Source of the DNA: Eledone cirrhosa
Lineage: Eukaryota
Direction: 5' to 3'
Assembly: GCA_964016885.1 (NCBI GenBank)
Contig: OZ024741.1
Coordinates: 319,858,001-319,922,000, forward strand
DNA length: 64,000 bases
A program made the translations under genes and the position numbers. Below are positions 44,875 to 58,374 of this stretch, one piece after another. The notes below the pieces were generated by a model. The model was not told the origin of the DNA, did no database searches, and saw only the letters and a program-made list of their open reading frames with translations. How positions within the stretch are numbered: the stretch's first letter is position 1; every line of letters begins with the position of its first letter.

Positions 44875-46890
44875 TATGAAGCGGCAAAAGTATCGCTAGA
44901 GTGCGAACTCATAATATCATTTGCAGTAGTTAGGTTAGGTTCGTATTTTATCGGCTTTCGAGTTCAAATTCTGTCGGTGTTGATCTTACCTCTAATCTTT
45001 CAGGTCTTCTATAACATATGTACCAGTCATGACTGGTAAATTTGACAATTCAAAACATTTCTGGTTTAGTAATAATATTAGTAACTATTGACTGAGCTAC
45101 AGAACTGGCATCTTGAAGCCTGACTGGCGCTCACGGCAATTGACAGGCTGAACAATGCGATAGATGATCTAAAATAATAATAATAATAATAATTGTTTCT
45201 ACTTTTTTGGCACAAGGCCAGCAATTATTCCAGTGCATTACTGGTACTTTATTTTATCGACCCCGTAAGGATAAAAGGCAAAGTTAACCTCAGCGGCATT
45301 TGAACTCAGATCATAAAGGGACGTAACTATGCTAGAAAGCATGGCGTCCGACCCTCTATAATAATAATAAAAAAATAACACGCGTTCTATAGAGAATTAA
45401 TGGAAGGTCTGAGTGATGTGTCATGAGCTGCCTTAATTATTGACCCCGAAAAGAGGAGAAGCAAAGTTGACCTCGGTAGGATTTGAACTAGAATGCAAAG
45501 AGTCTGCACAAATACCAAAACGTTTAATCCGCTGTTCTGGCATCTATGAGAATAAGAATATTTAAATATGTGAATTATTTTATCATATTCAACATACTCT
45601 CTTTCAGTACCCTCCACATTCTAAACAATTGTTTCTACTTTTGGCACAAGGCCAGCAATTATCCCAGTGTATTACTGGCACTTTATTTTATCGACCCCGT
45701 AAGGATGAAAGGCAAAGTTAACCTTGGCGGGATTTGAACTCAGAATGGCAAGGGCCGTAACTCTATGCGTCAAAGCATGGTGTCCGACCCTCTACCGATA
45801 CTGCCAATCCACATTCTAAATAATAAAAGAATACTCCTGATGAAGTCATGGGGGCGCCCTCCTAATATATGGAGCGTCTTGGGCATTTTAAACCTGGAGA
45901 ATTCCACCCCTCCCCAGTTCGGAACACAGCCGACTTCTTCCAGAGAACGAATGAATCCCCATACTGGACCGGTACTTCATTTATCGACCTGAAAGACAGA
46001 GTTGACCTAGGTTGGATTTGAACTCAGAGCGCATTGAACAGGAACAAATACCGAAGTATTATTAATCCGACTCCCAGAATGTCTCAGTCATTTTGTCGTC
46101 TTCCACGCAATGTTACTCACCATATAGTTAGATTCTTGATTAAGAGCACGGAATATTCTTTTATGCATCTACAGAATGTTTTTAAATCTCCTAATTATGA
46201 GAGGACTATTTTACGTTTTTATAATTAATAATTGAATATAAACTCTTATCGAAGATATTGGTGCTTCAATATTCTAGGTACAATATTTATTGGTCTTGGG
46301 CACTAGTCCTGGGGAAATCCTAGAATAACTGTCGTAGGCCATTTCAAAATCTAACGGAATCTACACCTCCTTAAGTCTGACAACAACCGATTTCTCCTAG
46401 ATTGAAAGAGAATAAATAAAAAAAATGAAGAAGCGTCTATCCAAATACTGGACTGGTACATTGTTTATCGACTCAATGGGACGAAAGGCAAAATTGACCT
46501 CGGTGGGATTTGAACTAAGAGCGCCGGAACAATCATCATATGGTATTGTATCCGACATTCTGATAACTCTCCTTGCTTTTCTACAAGTTAAGTAGTCTTA
46601 TGTATGGAAGATTTGAACTTTTACTTGTTTTGTTTCCTATTAATATTTCTTGACACAAAGGGCGGTGGATTGGCAGTATCGGTGGAGCGTCGGACACTAT
46701 GCTTCATGGCATAGAGTTACGGCCCTTTACGATCTGATTTCAAATCCTGCTGAGGTTAGCTTGCCTTTTATCCTTACGGGGTCGATAAATATAGTACCAG
46801 TAATGCACTGAAGTAGATTTAATCGAATTTCCCCTCACCCAAGATTGTTGGACTTGTGCCTAATTCAGAAGCCAATATTTCCTGACACAT
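44875..46890. mobile_element. Cluster of ~7 SINE copies; best preserved at 45190-45357 (-), 45626-45810 (-) and 46660-46873 (+)
   Basis: Same core. Candidate TSDs are TCCACATTCTAAA (45613/45808) and AATATTTCYTGACACA (46642/46874). Confidence 0.85.
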
Positions 46891-47150
46891 TTAAGGAGGC
46901 TATATTGTACTTTATTTCATACTCACGTTTAAATACGGTCACAATTTAATCCTTATATGAATGGTTTATATTGTCGGAATCTTGAAAATAATAATTCATT
47001 CCACTTACTCAAATAAAAAATAGCTAATTGACGTTCTGAAGAAAATTACTTAAAATAGTTACCAAGAGAAATATTTGCTTTTAATTTAATAAAAAATATA
47101 GATGTTTAAATAAATTCTAGTTTTTATGTGTTAATATTCACCGTTAACAG

Positions 47151-47219
<69 letters not shown>

Positions 47220-47366
47220 CGGAGAAAGCTTTTTAGCGATACTCCGGCCAAATTCCAACTCACTCAACAAACATTAGGAAATAAATGATTATATTCCCAT
47301 GTGTTCGGGGTACTAACTAAAAGTATTGCGTGGAAAGTTGGCTGTATTATTTGAAATGAGATATAT

Positions 47367-47439
<73 letters not shown>

Positions 47440-47549
47440 TATTTTGCAATACACTGTATGCTTAATTTAAAGCATTTTGAAGACCATACGCTATTGTTTT
47501 AAAATAGTGACAATGTCACTTATTTAAATTTTCAGCAAACAGGGGGAGA

Positions 47550-47598
47550 TAAACTGACAGAGCTCTGTTTCGTACTTTTTGGTACTTATCAAAATTCA
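47550..47598 (-). ncRNA. Second copy of the family C U3-A8 hammerhead
   Basis: TTGATAA-GTAC..GTAC-GAAA-CAGAGCTCTG-TC. The region 47437-47600 matches 19402-19565. Confidence 0.7.
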
Positions 47599-48427
47599 CC
47601 CTCGGAAAAACCTCCAGTAAATGGATGCGAAATCCGAAATATAGGGACAATTAAATCTCTTCCAAGGTAACTCTATCTCGTGTTATTATTTTTACGTCCT
47701 TTCCTACGTTCCTCTACACACTATACGTCTCATTCCACATTTCCTCTTATATCTCTCTCATTACCACCGGATTCGGTTACCCGGAGATTTACCATCTGCA
47801 TTGTTTAGGTTTCCAAAACGACCAAATTTTATATATATATATTAAATCTATTATTTACTTTTTCCTATTACAATATATAGAAACAAACTTGGACCCCAAT
47901 TAATTCCTCTAAGCTCATAATTCATTTAACCTTATCTTCATTCACCTTATCTTACTTAATATATTTTATTTTAATAATACATTTTAATAAATTCCTTTAC
48001 GCACATATTATTAAACCCTTCAATATATAAACCTTAAATAAATAGTATTCTTAATCCCTTTTTGTTTAATCATAAGCATCACCATTCATAAACCTCATAA
48101 ACGTATGTATTATGTATTATCTTACAACGTTTTTTAAAAATTTCTCTCTGTGAGACAGTGTTTCTCAGTATTAAAGGTTATCTCTCTCTCTCTCACTCAT
48201 TTTCTCCTCCTCTCTCTTCCTTCCTTCTTATACTCCTCCTCCGTCATCCTTTCCTTATTATTATTTTTTTTCTTATTATATTCTTTCTTCCTCTTCCTTA
48301 CCTTATCCTTCCCCCCTTCCTTTCCTTTTTTGCCCAATCTCATATATCCATCTTATTTTATTTTTCATATGTTGATTTAACACTTCACTGCTCGCAAGTG
48401 TTTTTTAAGCTTCATATCATGTCTCCC

Positions 48428-48495
48428 TATTTTATCTGATGAGAACGCAAATATTCCATGATGATATTTGTTTTTGAAATGCGCATAATAAAATA
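48428..48495 (+). ncRNA. Type I hammerhead ribozyme in a PLE-type terminal repeat (~47690-48533)
   Basis: TATTTTAT-CTGATGA-[CAAATAT..ATATTTG]-GAAA-TGCGCA-TA-ATAAAATA, with palindromic stem III. Confidence 0.85.
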
Positions 48496-48525
48496 CATGG
48501 AACTCTTTAAACCATCTTTTGATTT

Positions 48526-48577
<52 letters not shown>

Positions 48578-49227
48578 TAAATGTATGATAACTTTGACAA
48601 CTTTGATAGGTTTCGGCCAGTATTGGCACTGGTATCATAACATTTATAAAATGTTTGATGATTATATATGTTATGATACGTTAACCTAGTATATATCTGC
48701 CTTAAATTCTTAATTTGTTGAGCTGCTTATACTATGACTAGTGCTTCGCAGCTCTATCTAGTAGATATGACGTCCCGTCCGATTTGTATAAATCGGCAGA
48801 TACAAATCGGACGTTAAAACATTCATCACACCACGAGGCATAGCTTTGATTACTTCTCGGAACACGACAGGTATAAAGGTATTTTTGTACTTTATTGGTA
48901 TTTATCCAAAGACGATTCCCTCTTATGATTAGTTTCGCATTTTCCGTATCACTACCAAAGTCGATAATTGGTAATCGATAACCGATTGCTTAGATCGATT
49001 TTTGCTAGGAAATGGTAACCGCAAGGAAAGTAAGAAGATTTCACCTGAAAGTATCTACTTTTTCCTAAATATTATATGTTTCAATAATATGTACAAAATA
49101 CTATATGTTTCTCTCACGATATATAGCTCTATTTCTCTTTCTATATATATACATATATCTTTTAATTTGAATTATATATATGTATGTAAATATATATACC
49201 ACTCCATACACACACATATATATATAA

Positions 49228-49330
<103 letters not shown>

Positions 49331-49627
49331 AAAAGTGAAGAATAACATGGTCGGCTGTACAAAAAGGGTTATATATATATATTATTCAAAATATTAATAA
49401 ATGGATAAATTCACATAATCAAAATATATGTTGATTATGTGAATTTATCCATTTATTAATATTTTGAATAATATTAATAACTCCAGAAAACTTTGGCTGT
49501 TGAGTGCTTTTAATCCATTGTAAAACTATATTCATTGAATAATCAATGAACCTTGTTTAACATTTGGTTATATATATATATATATATAAATAAATAAATA
49601 AATATATATATATAAATAAATAAATAA

Positions 49628-49766
<139 letters not shown>

Positions 49767-50433
49767 GATATATAATTTCTTCTATCATAACCCGACTCAA
49801 TATCGAAATAAATATATTGGTAAATGAATACAACAAACCTGAACCAACAAAGAACCACCACACGAAATACAATTACCCAACTAAAAAATCAATATCTAAC
49901 AATTAATTAATTATCTAGAACTAACTCTTTAATATTATTATATCATAGCCAAACCAACAAAGTAAGCAGCGAAGACAAAACATATTAATGCATAGCCTCT
50001 ACAACAAAACATGTCTACACTGAACATACTTTGTTAACATTACGTCAACTAATACTATCAAGAGAGAAACTCTTTGTATAATCTATAATGAATTCTTTAT
50101 TTTCAGGTTTGTTCAATCACAAAGTTTTTTGATAGCAAACCATTTCAAAGAAGTGTTTCAAGGATCGCAGAAAGATGGTAAATTTCCAATGAACTAATCT
50201 AATTTGTAAGACACCCTTTCATATTCTTTACTTTGTAGCAATATATAATGGGCTTCACGAACAGGGACATACCTGTATGGTTAGGTAGTGCGCTTGACAA
50301 GAATGTGACTACAGATTAGATCTTATTATTCAGCACCTTGGGCTAATTTCTTCTACGATAAAATTTGGTAGACGGAAATTGCGCTGTAATCTCTCTCTCT
50401 ATCTTTCTCCCTCTGTCTATCTATGTCTGTCTG

Positions 50434-50489
<56 letters not shown>

Positions 50490-50490
50490 C

Positions 50491-50524
<34 letters not shown>

Positions 50525-50690
50525 TTATTAAAATAACAGATTAAAGTTTAAGCAAAGAATCGCAGCGATTCTTTGCTTAAACTTTAATCTGTTATTTTAA
50601 TAAATATTTGCTCTACGGTTCTTATATATTTGATATATATTTATCCTTATCGAGCCCTCTTTGGATTTTAGTCTTCAAATTTATTATTAT

Positions 50691-50733
<43 letters not shown>

Positions 50734-52685
50734 ATATATATATAAAAATATGTATATGTATGTATATATATATACAGTTTTCCTCTACCAAATTGCTTTG
50801 CTTCGTGCTATGAGGGCCATCAATTATTCGTTGGCCTTTGTCACTAGCACGATGAGTTGTGCCTGTGTGGTTGGCTATTGTGTGTGTTTTTGTTTCGTTG
50901 GTAGTGCTGGTGGTATTGCTGCTGCTGGTAGCGGTGGCTGTGTTGTCGGTTGTAGTGTTCGTGAGGTTGGTGCTATATCTGTATTTGCTGCAGGAGTCGT
51001 ATCTGTGTTTTGTTGGGGGTGTGTGTTGATATATGTTTTGGAATGGTGCAGGGTAATTTGGGGTGTCTCTAGATTGGAGGAAAGCTAGTAGTTAATATTA
51101 TATTGCTGTTTTTTTTTCGTATTTGGAGATTAAAATACTTTCTTCCTTAGTGTGCCATATTCTACTCTAAAATTCTTCAGCTGCTATTGTCGTTGATGCA
51201 GTAATAATTTCTATTTAATTTTAACCAAGGTTTTGACGAAATCCCATTTGGCTGTAGTTAAACATCTTTTTACGTTCAACGAATCGTTTTCATTTTCCAT
51301 ACAAATGGATCTTTTACGATTTAGCGATGATATCTCGTTTCACAAGTTCCTTGATTTCGGATATTTCATTATCTTCTCATGTTTTATGCCACTATTATTT
51401 ATCTCCACCTCCTTTTTCTCAGTTTTGTTGTTTTGTTATAGATCAATAAAAATTAAGATATCTTTCTCATACGTTCTATCTTTTTTTGTATATTTTATTT
51501 TTTTATTTTACTTTTTTTTTCTTGGTTTTCGATGAGGGAGTATCGGCTTTCCTTAGTAACTATAATAACTGTTGCACATATTATTTTATTTCGCCTGTGG
51601 ATATGACGTTTGTATCTATTTTAATTAACTCTATAATGACCAGATCCATGCTTTGTGTTGTTGTTGCTACTATAACTGAGTTTCGCCTTGCAGGTACTGT
51701 TGTTGCTCAATAGTAAGGTCTTTTATTTTTTTATATTTTGTGAATTCCTCTTTCAAACTGTCATTGTCAAGATTTTTACCTTTAGAATTTTCCATTCTGA
51801 AATCGTTTTCTTATTCTCTTTTATTGCTCTCATTGTTATTATTGTTCTTTTTTTTTGGCGGGTGGGAAGGGGATATTCTCTGGGTTTTCTAGAGTTTGAT
51901 TTTGTTTTGTTATTTACTTCATTCGTTTTGAGCCTGTGAATTCTATGTTCATGTTTTACGTTCTCAAAGATGGCAATTTTGTTAGTTGATTTGTGTTCAC
52001 TTTTTGAGGTTTTGTGCCATGCTCGTTCTTTTAAACGTTCGATTTCAATTTTTATATTTCTTTCGTTTTTAGAATGTATCCTCTTAAATTATCTAGTCTC
52101 TTAGTGTCCACCGATAGATTTAAACTCGGGCTATTATCTCTGCACATTCTATGTGAATATATTATCGTATTTTATCTATATATTTAGAGGTGGGATACAT
52201 TATTACTACAAAACAAGCAAGCATGTAAGACAAACACATTGTTCTCTGTTTATTGCCGAGACTTGCAGAATATGATCCTTTTTTAGATTGCCATTCTTTC
52301 TAACGAAAAAAGACCAGACTTTATTCTGGCTTGAAAAAAAATCGGAATAGAGGAATAATGAAATGTATGAACCTTAAAATATCTAATAACTTTGGAACAT
52401 CTAAAAGGGAAATGGAGAGTTATAAAGCAGTGAAATATGAAAGTATTTGATGTTTATTTTGAGCTGTTCAAAATAAACAATAAAAGCTTTAAGATGTTAC
52501 TATTAGTTTACTTTGACGCAATATGTTGTATATAGATATAAATATACGTCATAATGGTAATCTAAAAAAAAATAGCACTCTTCGTATTAGCAGCTAATAA
52601 TGGTAAAAGTGGTGCAAAGCCGATATTCATAAACTTGTTTCAATAGTGGTATAAGTCCTACGTTATTTGTAAAGAATATTAATGT

Positions 52686-52827
<142 letters not shown>

Positions 52828-52985
52828 GATAACAAGTTATCGTATATATATATATATATATGTAGGAGGTGAGTTTTATTGTAGTACAATAAAGCAATGC
52901 AGATATCGGATAAGAAGCACTCTACAGTTTGTAGGACTGGAGTATACATAATATAAGATCAAAAGATGGTTAAAGGAGTTCCATG

Positions 52986-53056
52986 TATTTTATTATGCGC
53001 ATTTCAAAAACAAACATCATCATGCAATAATATTTGTGTTTTCATCAGATAAAACA
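52986..53056 (-). ncRNA. Type I hammerhead ribozyme, same family as 48428, in a terminal repeat at ~52863-53940
   Basis: The reverse complement reads TGTTTTAT-CTGATGA-stem II-GAAA-TGCGCA-TA-ATAAAATA. Flanks match 48370-48530. Confidence 0.85.
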
Positions 53057-54023
53057 GGAGAACATGATATGAAGGCTAAAAAACACTTGTGGATAGTGCA
53101 GTTTTAAATCAACATATGAAAAGTGGTTTTAGATTGATGTGTGATATTGGGAAAAATATTTTATTTAGAGAGGGGGGGGGGATGAAAAAGGGGAGGAGAT
53201 GAGAGGGAGAGATGGGTGATAGAGAGAAAGAGATAGTTTTTATAACTGAGAGGAGATATATTGTTTTACATAGAGAGGTTGAAAACCGTTGGAAGATAAT
53301 GTATAAATTAAAAAAATTGTGAAAATTAACGAAGGGAGGATATGTGCGAGGAAAAAATATTTTATTTAGGGAGGGGGGGAAGGATGAAAAAAGGGGGAGG
53401 AGATGAGAGTGAAGGTGGAGAGGGAGAGATGGGTGATAGAGAGAAAGAGATAGTTTTTATAACTGAGAAAAAAGATATATTGTTTTACATAGAGAGGTTG
53501 AGAACCGTTGGAAGATAATGTATAAATTAAAGGAATTTGAAAATTAACGAACGGAATTTATGTATGAAGATAGAGAGAAAAAATAATAATTGTGGATGAA
53601 TATTCTAACGTCAAAAAAAGTGTATGTTGATAAGTATTGTGGCAATTTCAAAATTAACGAAGAGAAAAATTATTAAGGTTTGTGTGTAGAAGGATTTGAG
53701 AAAAATAATGTGAAGTTAAAGTTTGTATATTGAAGGAATTGATAATATATGCGAATAAAGAGTTAATATGTATTAAGAATGAGTTCGTTGATGGGGAGAA
53801 AAAAATAATAAATTAAGGATGAAATTGAGATTAAAAAGATTTATGATAGAGAGAAAAAAATAATAATGATTGCGGATGAATATTCTAACGTTAAAAAAAA
53901 ACAAATGTATATGTTATGAAGGATTTTACAAGGTGAAGATAGAATGAGGGTAATGAGTAAACAAGTATTATAGAGTGTATAATGCCCGGTAATTTCTATG
54001 CAGGTTATACTTGGAGTAATAAT

Positions 54024-54722
54024 AGTTAAAGAAAGAAGAGTAACATGGTTGGCTGTACAATAAGGGCTTTATTTAAAGTACTGACAATTGTTTCGTTGAT
54101 CAGGTGTGTCTAGAGTTCGCTAATAGCTTGAGGTTGCGTCAATCGATCTACAATACATTGTTTACCACTTGTCAACACATCAGAGTATGAAGATATGAAA
54201 ATAATTCACTCGAGGCAAGACTTATATAGATGAGTAGCGTAAAACAAAACAATAACATCAATAATAAAATAGCGTATAATTAAAACAATAACATCTGTTC
54301 CATTTCCTCATTTTTTCTTATTATTATTATTTTTTAATGTACCCTATCTTATATCTTACTTGTCACTTTTTACACCTGTAACTTCTCTATCTATTTACCA
54401 TACATGCTTTATTATTGATGTTATTGTATTAATTATACGCCGCTCTATTATTGATGTTATTGTATTAATTATACGCTATTTTATTATTGATACTATTGTT
54501 TTGTTTTACGCTACTCTTCTATATAAGTCTTGCCTCGGGTGAATTATTTTCATATCTATGTGCTCTGATGTGTTGACCAGTGGTAAACAATGTATTGGAG
54601 ATCGATTGACGCAACCTCAAGCGATTAGCGAACTCTAGATACACCTGATCAACGAAACATTTGTCAGTACTTTAAATAAAGCCCTTATTGTACAGCCAAC
54701 CATGTTACTCTTCTTTCTTTAA

Positions 54723-54724
<2 letters not shown>
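54024..54724. repeat. ~270-bp-arm inverted repeat (PLE-type family E fold-back); short relative at 49327-49370
   Basis: 54024-54295 is the reverse complement of ~54450-54724 and carries hammerheads. Confidence 0.85.
54560..54670 (+). ncRNA. Hammerhead with ~70-nt stem II insert and CTGATGT core; mirror copy on - at 54078-54188
   Basis: GTGCT-CTGATGT-GTTGA...TCAAC-GAAA-CA(A/T)TTG-TC-AGTAC. Confidence 0.65.
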
Positions 54725-54779
<55 letters not shown>

Positions 54780-54873
54780 AAAACAAAGAATCAGTGATGC
54801 ATCCGAACACAATATATTACGTATTACAATTGTTTCTCCGGCGAACAGCTCGAGGTGCGATCGAAATCACTAG

Positions 54874-54966
54874 ACGTATCTGAGGAACTTGCGAATCCAG
54901 AGTCAGGTTCGATCCACAAACAGATCGCACCTCGAGCTGTTCGCCGGAGAAACAATTGTAATACGT
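54874..54966 (+). ncRNA. Hammerhead with ~60-nt stem II domain (family D)
   Basis: ACGTAT-CTGAGGA-[GCGAA...TTCGC]-GAAA-CAATTG-TA-ATACGT. Confidence 0.75.
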
Positions 54967-55088
54967 TAATAAATTGTATTCCGATGCATCACTGATTCTT
55001 CGTTTTCCATATTATTATACTCTGCGCCGAAGGAGCATAGAGTGCTCAACTGGCATACCGCCTATAGAGGAATCCAACCAACCTTGTT

Positions 55089-55158
<70 letters not shown>

Positions 55159-55307
55159 CTGTGTGTGTGTGTGTGTGTGTCTGTCTGTCTGTCTGTTTGT
55201 GTGTGTGTATGTGTGTGTGTGTGTATCTATCTATATGTATATATGAGTATATCTAATATATATATGTATATATATATGTATACATATGTATATATATTAT
55301 ATATATA

Positions 55308-56142
55308 CGAGGTGTGTCAGAAAAGTTCCAGGACTGATATCACAAAAGATTTATTTCAAACCCAAGCTTCACACTAAGAGTTTTCTCCTTCAAAGTAATC
55401 CCCCTGGAGTCTAATGCACTTTTCCATCCTTTTCTGCTAGGTCATCACGGCCTTTTTGATGTCCACATCTTCAAAACTGGTCCCCTCGGGGTCGTACTCG
55501 AAGATCCATGACTCATCACCGGTGATGACTGTCCCTAGCAAGTCTCGTTCAGTTTCAAGACGCTCGAGGATGTCCTGGCACATTTGCATGCGTCGACCCT
55601 TCTGGTCATCGTTCAGCAGTTTTGGCACCGTCTTCACGCAGATTTTTCGCATGTCCAAATCTTCAGTGAGAATCTTCCAGACGCTGTCCCGATTCATGCC
55701 CAGCTCATTTGCCATCAGTCGAACAGTCAGCCGACGATCGCTACGCACCATCTGCCTGACGCGCTCAACGTTGAGCTCAGTCCTCGTTGTTGATGGCATT
55801 CCGGTCCTGGGGTCATCTTGCACCACTCAAAAACACGTGAGCGTGACATCGTCTCATCTCCATACATTTGCTGCAGCAATCTCAGTGCTTCTGACGGAGT
55901 TTTCCCCAACCGTACCAGAAACTTCAAGTTTGTTCGTTGCTCTGTGCTCATTCCTTGACGACCTGAAACAGAGGAGATGTATATAAAATTATGAAGAAAA
56001 AAGTTTGATTGCTGCAGAGAGCTAAGATTACAGTTACACACTCCAGGCGGATTACTTTGAAGGAGAAAACTCTTTGTGTGAAGTTTGGGTTTGAAATAAA
56101 TTTTTTGTGACATCAGTCCTGGAACTTTTCTGACACACCTCG
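55308..56142 (-). mobile_element. Internally deleted mariner (Tc1/mariner) transposon with ~100-bp inverted ends
   Basis: The ends are TA-CGAGGTGTGTCAGAAAAGTTCCAGGACT and its reverse complement. Transposase remnants are EQRTNLKFLVRLGK..VFEW, DDPRTG, VPKLL and ITGDESWIFEYDPE, followed by a jump to the C-terminus. Confidence 0.92.
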
Positions 56143-56902
56143 ATTCTCTTTGAGATGAGTTTGAATTATTTTTCCCACATCTTACGTTAACTATTTTTTC
56201 CCATTTTGACGCTATAGTCACTTATATATTATGGAGTGCTGTTGGCTTTTCGCTGCAGTGTTTTCTATACCTTTCATTTATATATTTATACTCGGATTTT
56301 TTTTCCTAGAGTGCTTAAATTATTTGTGACTAATCCCGGTTTTTTTTAATAAAAAACTGCAATATTGCTTTTTGCTGAACTCCTTATTGTAGAGTTTTTT
56401 TGGAATGTTTTTGACTGTTGTTTCTTGTAAACAAACATTCGTCTCATTCTGACGTCGCTAGCCATGTCTTTCCTCATGTGCCTTTTTCATAATCACGCAT
56501 GATGGTGAACTAGCCTGTTTTAAAATTCCCTTTTTGGCATATTAATCTGTGAGAATCCTGATTATCGAGTTGAGCTCTGCTGAGGATTGAATTCCAACCG
56601 TGACCATCTCCACTGAAAGTTTTCATGAAATAGTCTTTAAGACTATACAGAGCATTTGAAGTTTTTCCAAATTGAAGGATGAGTATTTTAGACTTTATTT
56701 TATCATGAGTTAAAGCTCTATTGATTTTTCTCTGGATTTCACTAAATTCTGTGGATGAATTTATATCCTGATTCTCTTTGAGATGAGTTTGAATTATTTT
56801 TCCCACATCTTACGTTAACTATTTTTCCCATTTTGACGCTATAGTCACTTATATATTATGGAGTGCTGTTGGCTTTTCGCTGCAGTGTTTTCTATACCTT
56901 TC

Positions 56903-56912
<10 letters not shown>
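56143..56912 (+). repeat. Partial tandem (~1.2 x 628-bp unit) ORF-less element with hammerhead and bulged hairpin
   Basis: 56143-56285 is repeated at 56771-56912 and then runs into (TA)n. The hairpin is at 56290-56312 and the hammerhead at 56574-56653. Confidence 0.8.
56574..56653 (+). ncRNA. Type I hammerhead ribozyme with intact core
   Basis: GCTCTG-CTGAGGA-[TGAA...TTCA]-GAAA-TAGTC TTTAA GACTA-TA-CAGAGC. Confidence 0.8.
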
Positions 56913-56955
<43 letters not shown>

Positions 56956-57211
56956 CGATAATGGTCGTTGCAAAAGCTAGATGCAGAAATTCAAAACGCC
57001 ATAATTCCATGCATTAGCCCTTTTTATATACGTCAATACCACAATACCAGGAAGTACATACTGTATGCGTACAAAGGGTGTTGATTTGTGTATATACATA
57101 TGTGTGTGATGAGTATATACACTTGAGTATATGCGTGAGTGTGTGACTGTATATATGTATACGCGTGTATGTCGGGTGTATATTAGTATCTCTATAACAT
57201 TATCCCCATTA

Positions 57212-57470
57212 TATTACCATTACTATAATATATTACCATCACTATAATATATTACCATCACTATAATATATTACCATTACTATAATATATTACCATCACT
57301 ATAATATATTACCATCACTATAATATATTACCATTACTATAATATATTACCATCACTATAATATATTACCATCACTATAATATATTACCATTACTATAAT
57401 ATATTACCATCACTATAATATATTACCATCACTATAATATATTACCATTACTATAATATATTACCATTAC
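57212..57470 (+). repeat. 19-bp minisatellite TATTACCATYACTATAATA, ~14 copies
   Basis: Read directly from the sequence. Confidence 0.95.
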
Positions 57471-57534
57471 TATTATTATTATCATTGAGCTGGCACCAGA
57501 TTGGCATTATTGGGAGAGCGCCGGATTATTGGGA

Positions 57535-57927
57535 GGGCGGTGGATTGGAAGTATCGGTAGGGGGTCGGACGCCATGCTTTGACGTATAGAGTTACGGCCC
57601 TTGCCATTCTGAGTTCAAATCCCGCCGAGGGTAACTTTGCCTATCATCCTTACGGGGTCGATAAAATAAAGTACCAGTAATGCACTGGGTAATTGCTGGC
57701 CTTATGTCAAACGTAGAAACGATTATTGGTGGAGCGCCGGACAACATGCTTTGTGGCATAGAGTTACGGTAATTTACGTTCTGAGTTCAAATCCCGCCGC
57801 GGTTAGCCTTGCCTTTTATCTTTACGGGGTCGATAAAATAAGGCACCAGTAAGTACTAGGGTCGATTTAATTCACTTCCCCCCTTCCCTTCAAATTGCTG
57901 AAGTTGTGCTTAAAGTAGAAGCAATTA
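57535..57927 (+). mobile_element. Head-to-tail pair of SINE copies
   Basis: Two consecutive copies of the GAGTTCAAATCCCGCCG...GGGGTCGATAAAATAA core. Confidence 0.85.
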
Positions 57928-58374
57928 TTATTATCATTGTGTTTTTCCTTTTCTCTCCGTCTTGTTTCAATTTCTTTCCGAGTGTCTTACCCACACCTCG
58001 GGCAGAGAAACTCACTGCATACATTAGCAAGCCACAAACTAAACACAGAAGATTGTTCACATCACGCATTTTATGCAGTTACAAGTATATCATTTGCTTT
58101 ATACCTGAGCACATTATTCGTTTCAAATCATATTTACAACAGAATGATATTCAGTTATATATGAGTGCTCAAGTGTTTGCAACATAAATAATTCATTGTA
58201 ACGTTAGTTTTGTTGATTTTCACTTGTTTGCATAACATTAATTGTTAACAATTTATATGACAGACTGTTAATAGAACGCCATACATTGCCACAGAAAAGA
58301 CGACCTCATAATATTTAGATTTTGGCTCAAATATTATGGGGTCGTCTCTACATCGAGACATCTGTTACGTGATT

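Noticed and set aside
48575-48720. Another hammerhead-bearing fold-back stub
   Set aside because: Only the GAAA half and stem II are recognisable. The core is too degenerate to call.
51130-52100. Lys/Asn-rich minus-strand reading as a decayed retroelement ORF (also 36134-36400)
   Set aside because: It has many stops and no diagnostic motif that I could verify.
56510-56806. 98-aa ORF as the N-terminus of a retroelement protein
   Set aside because: It is antisense to the hammerhead and hairpin strand and has no recognisable motif.
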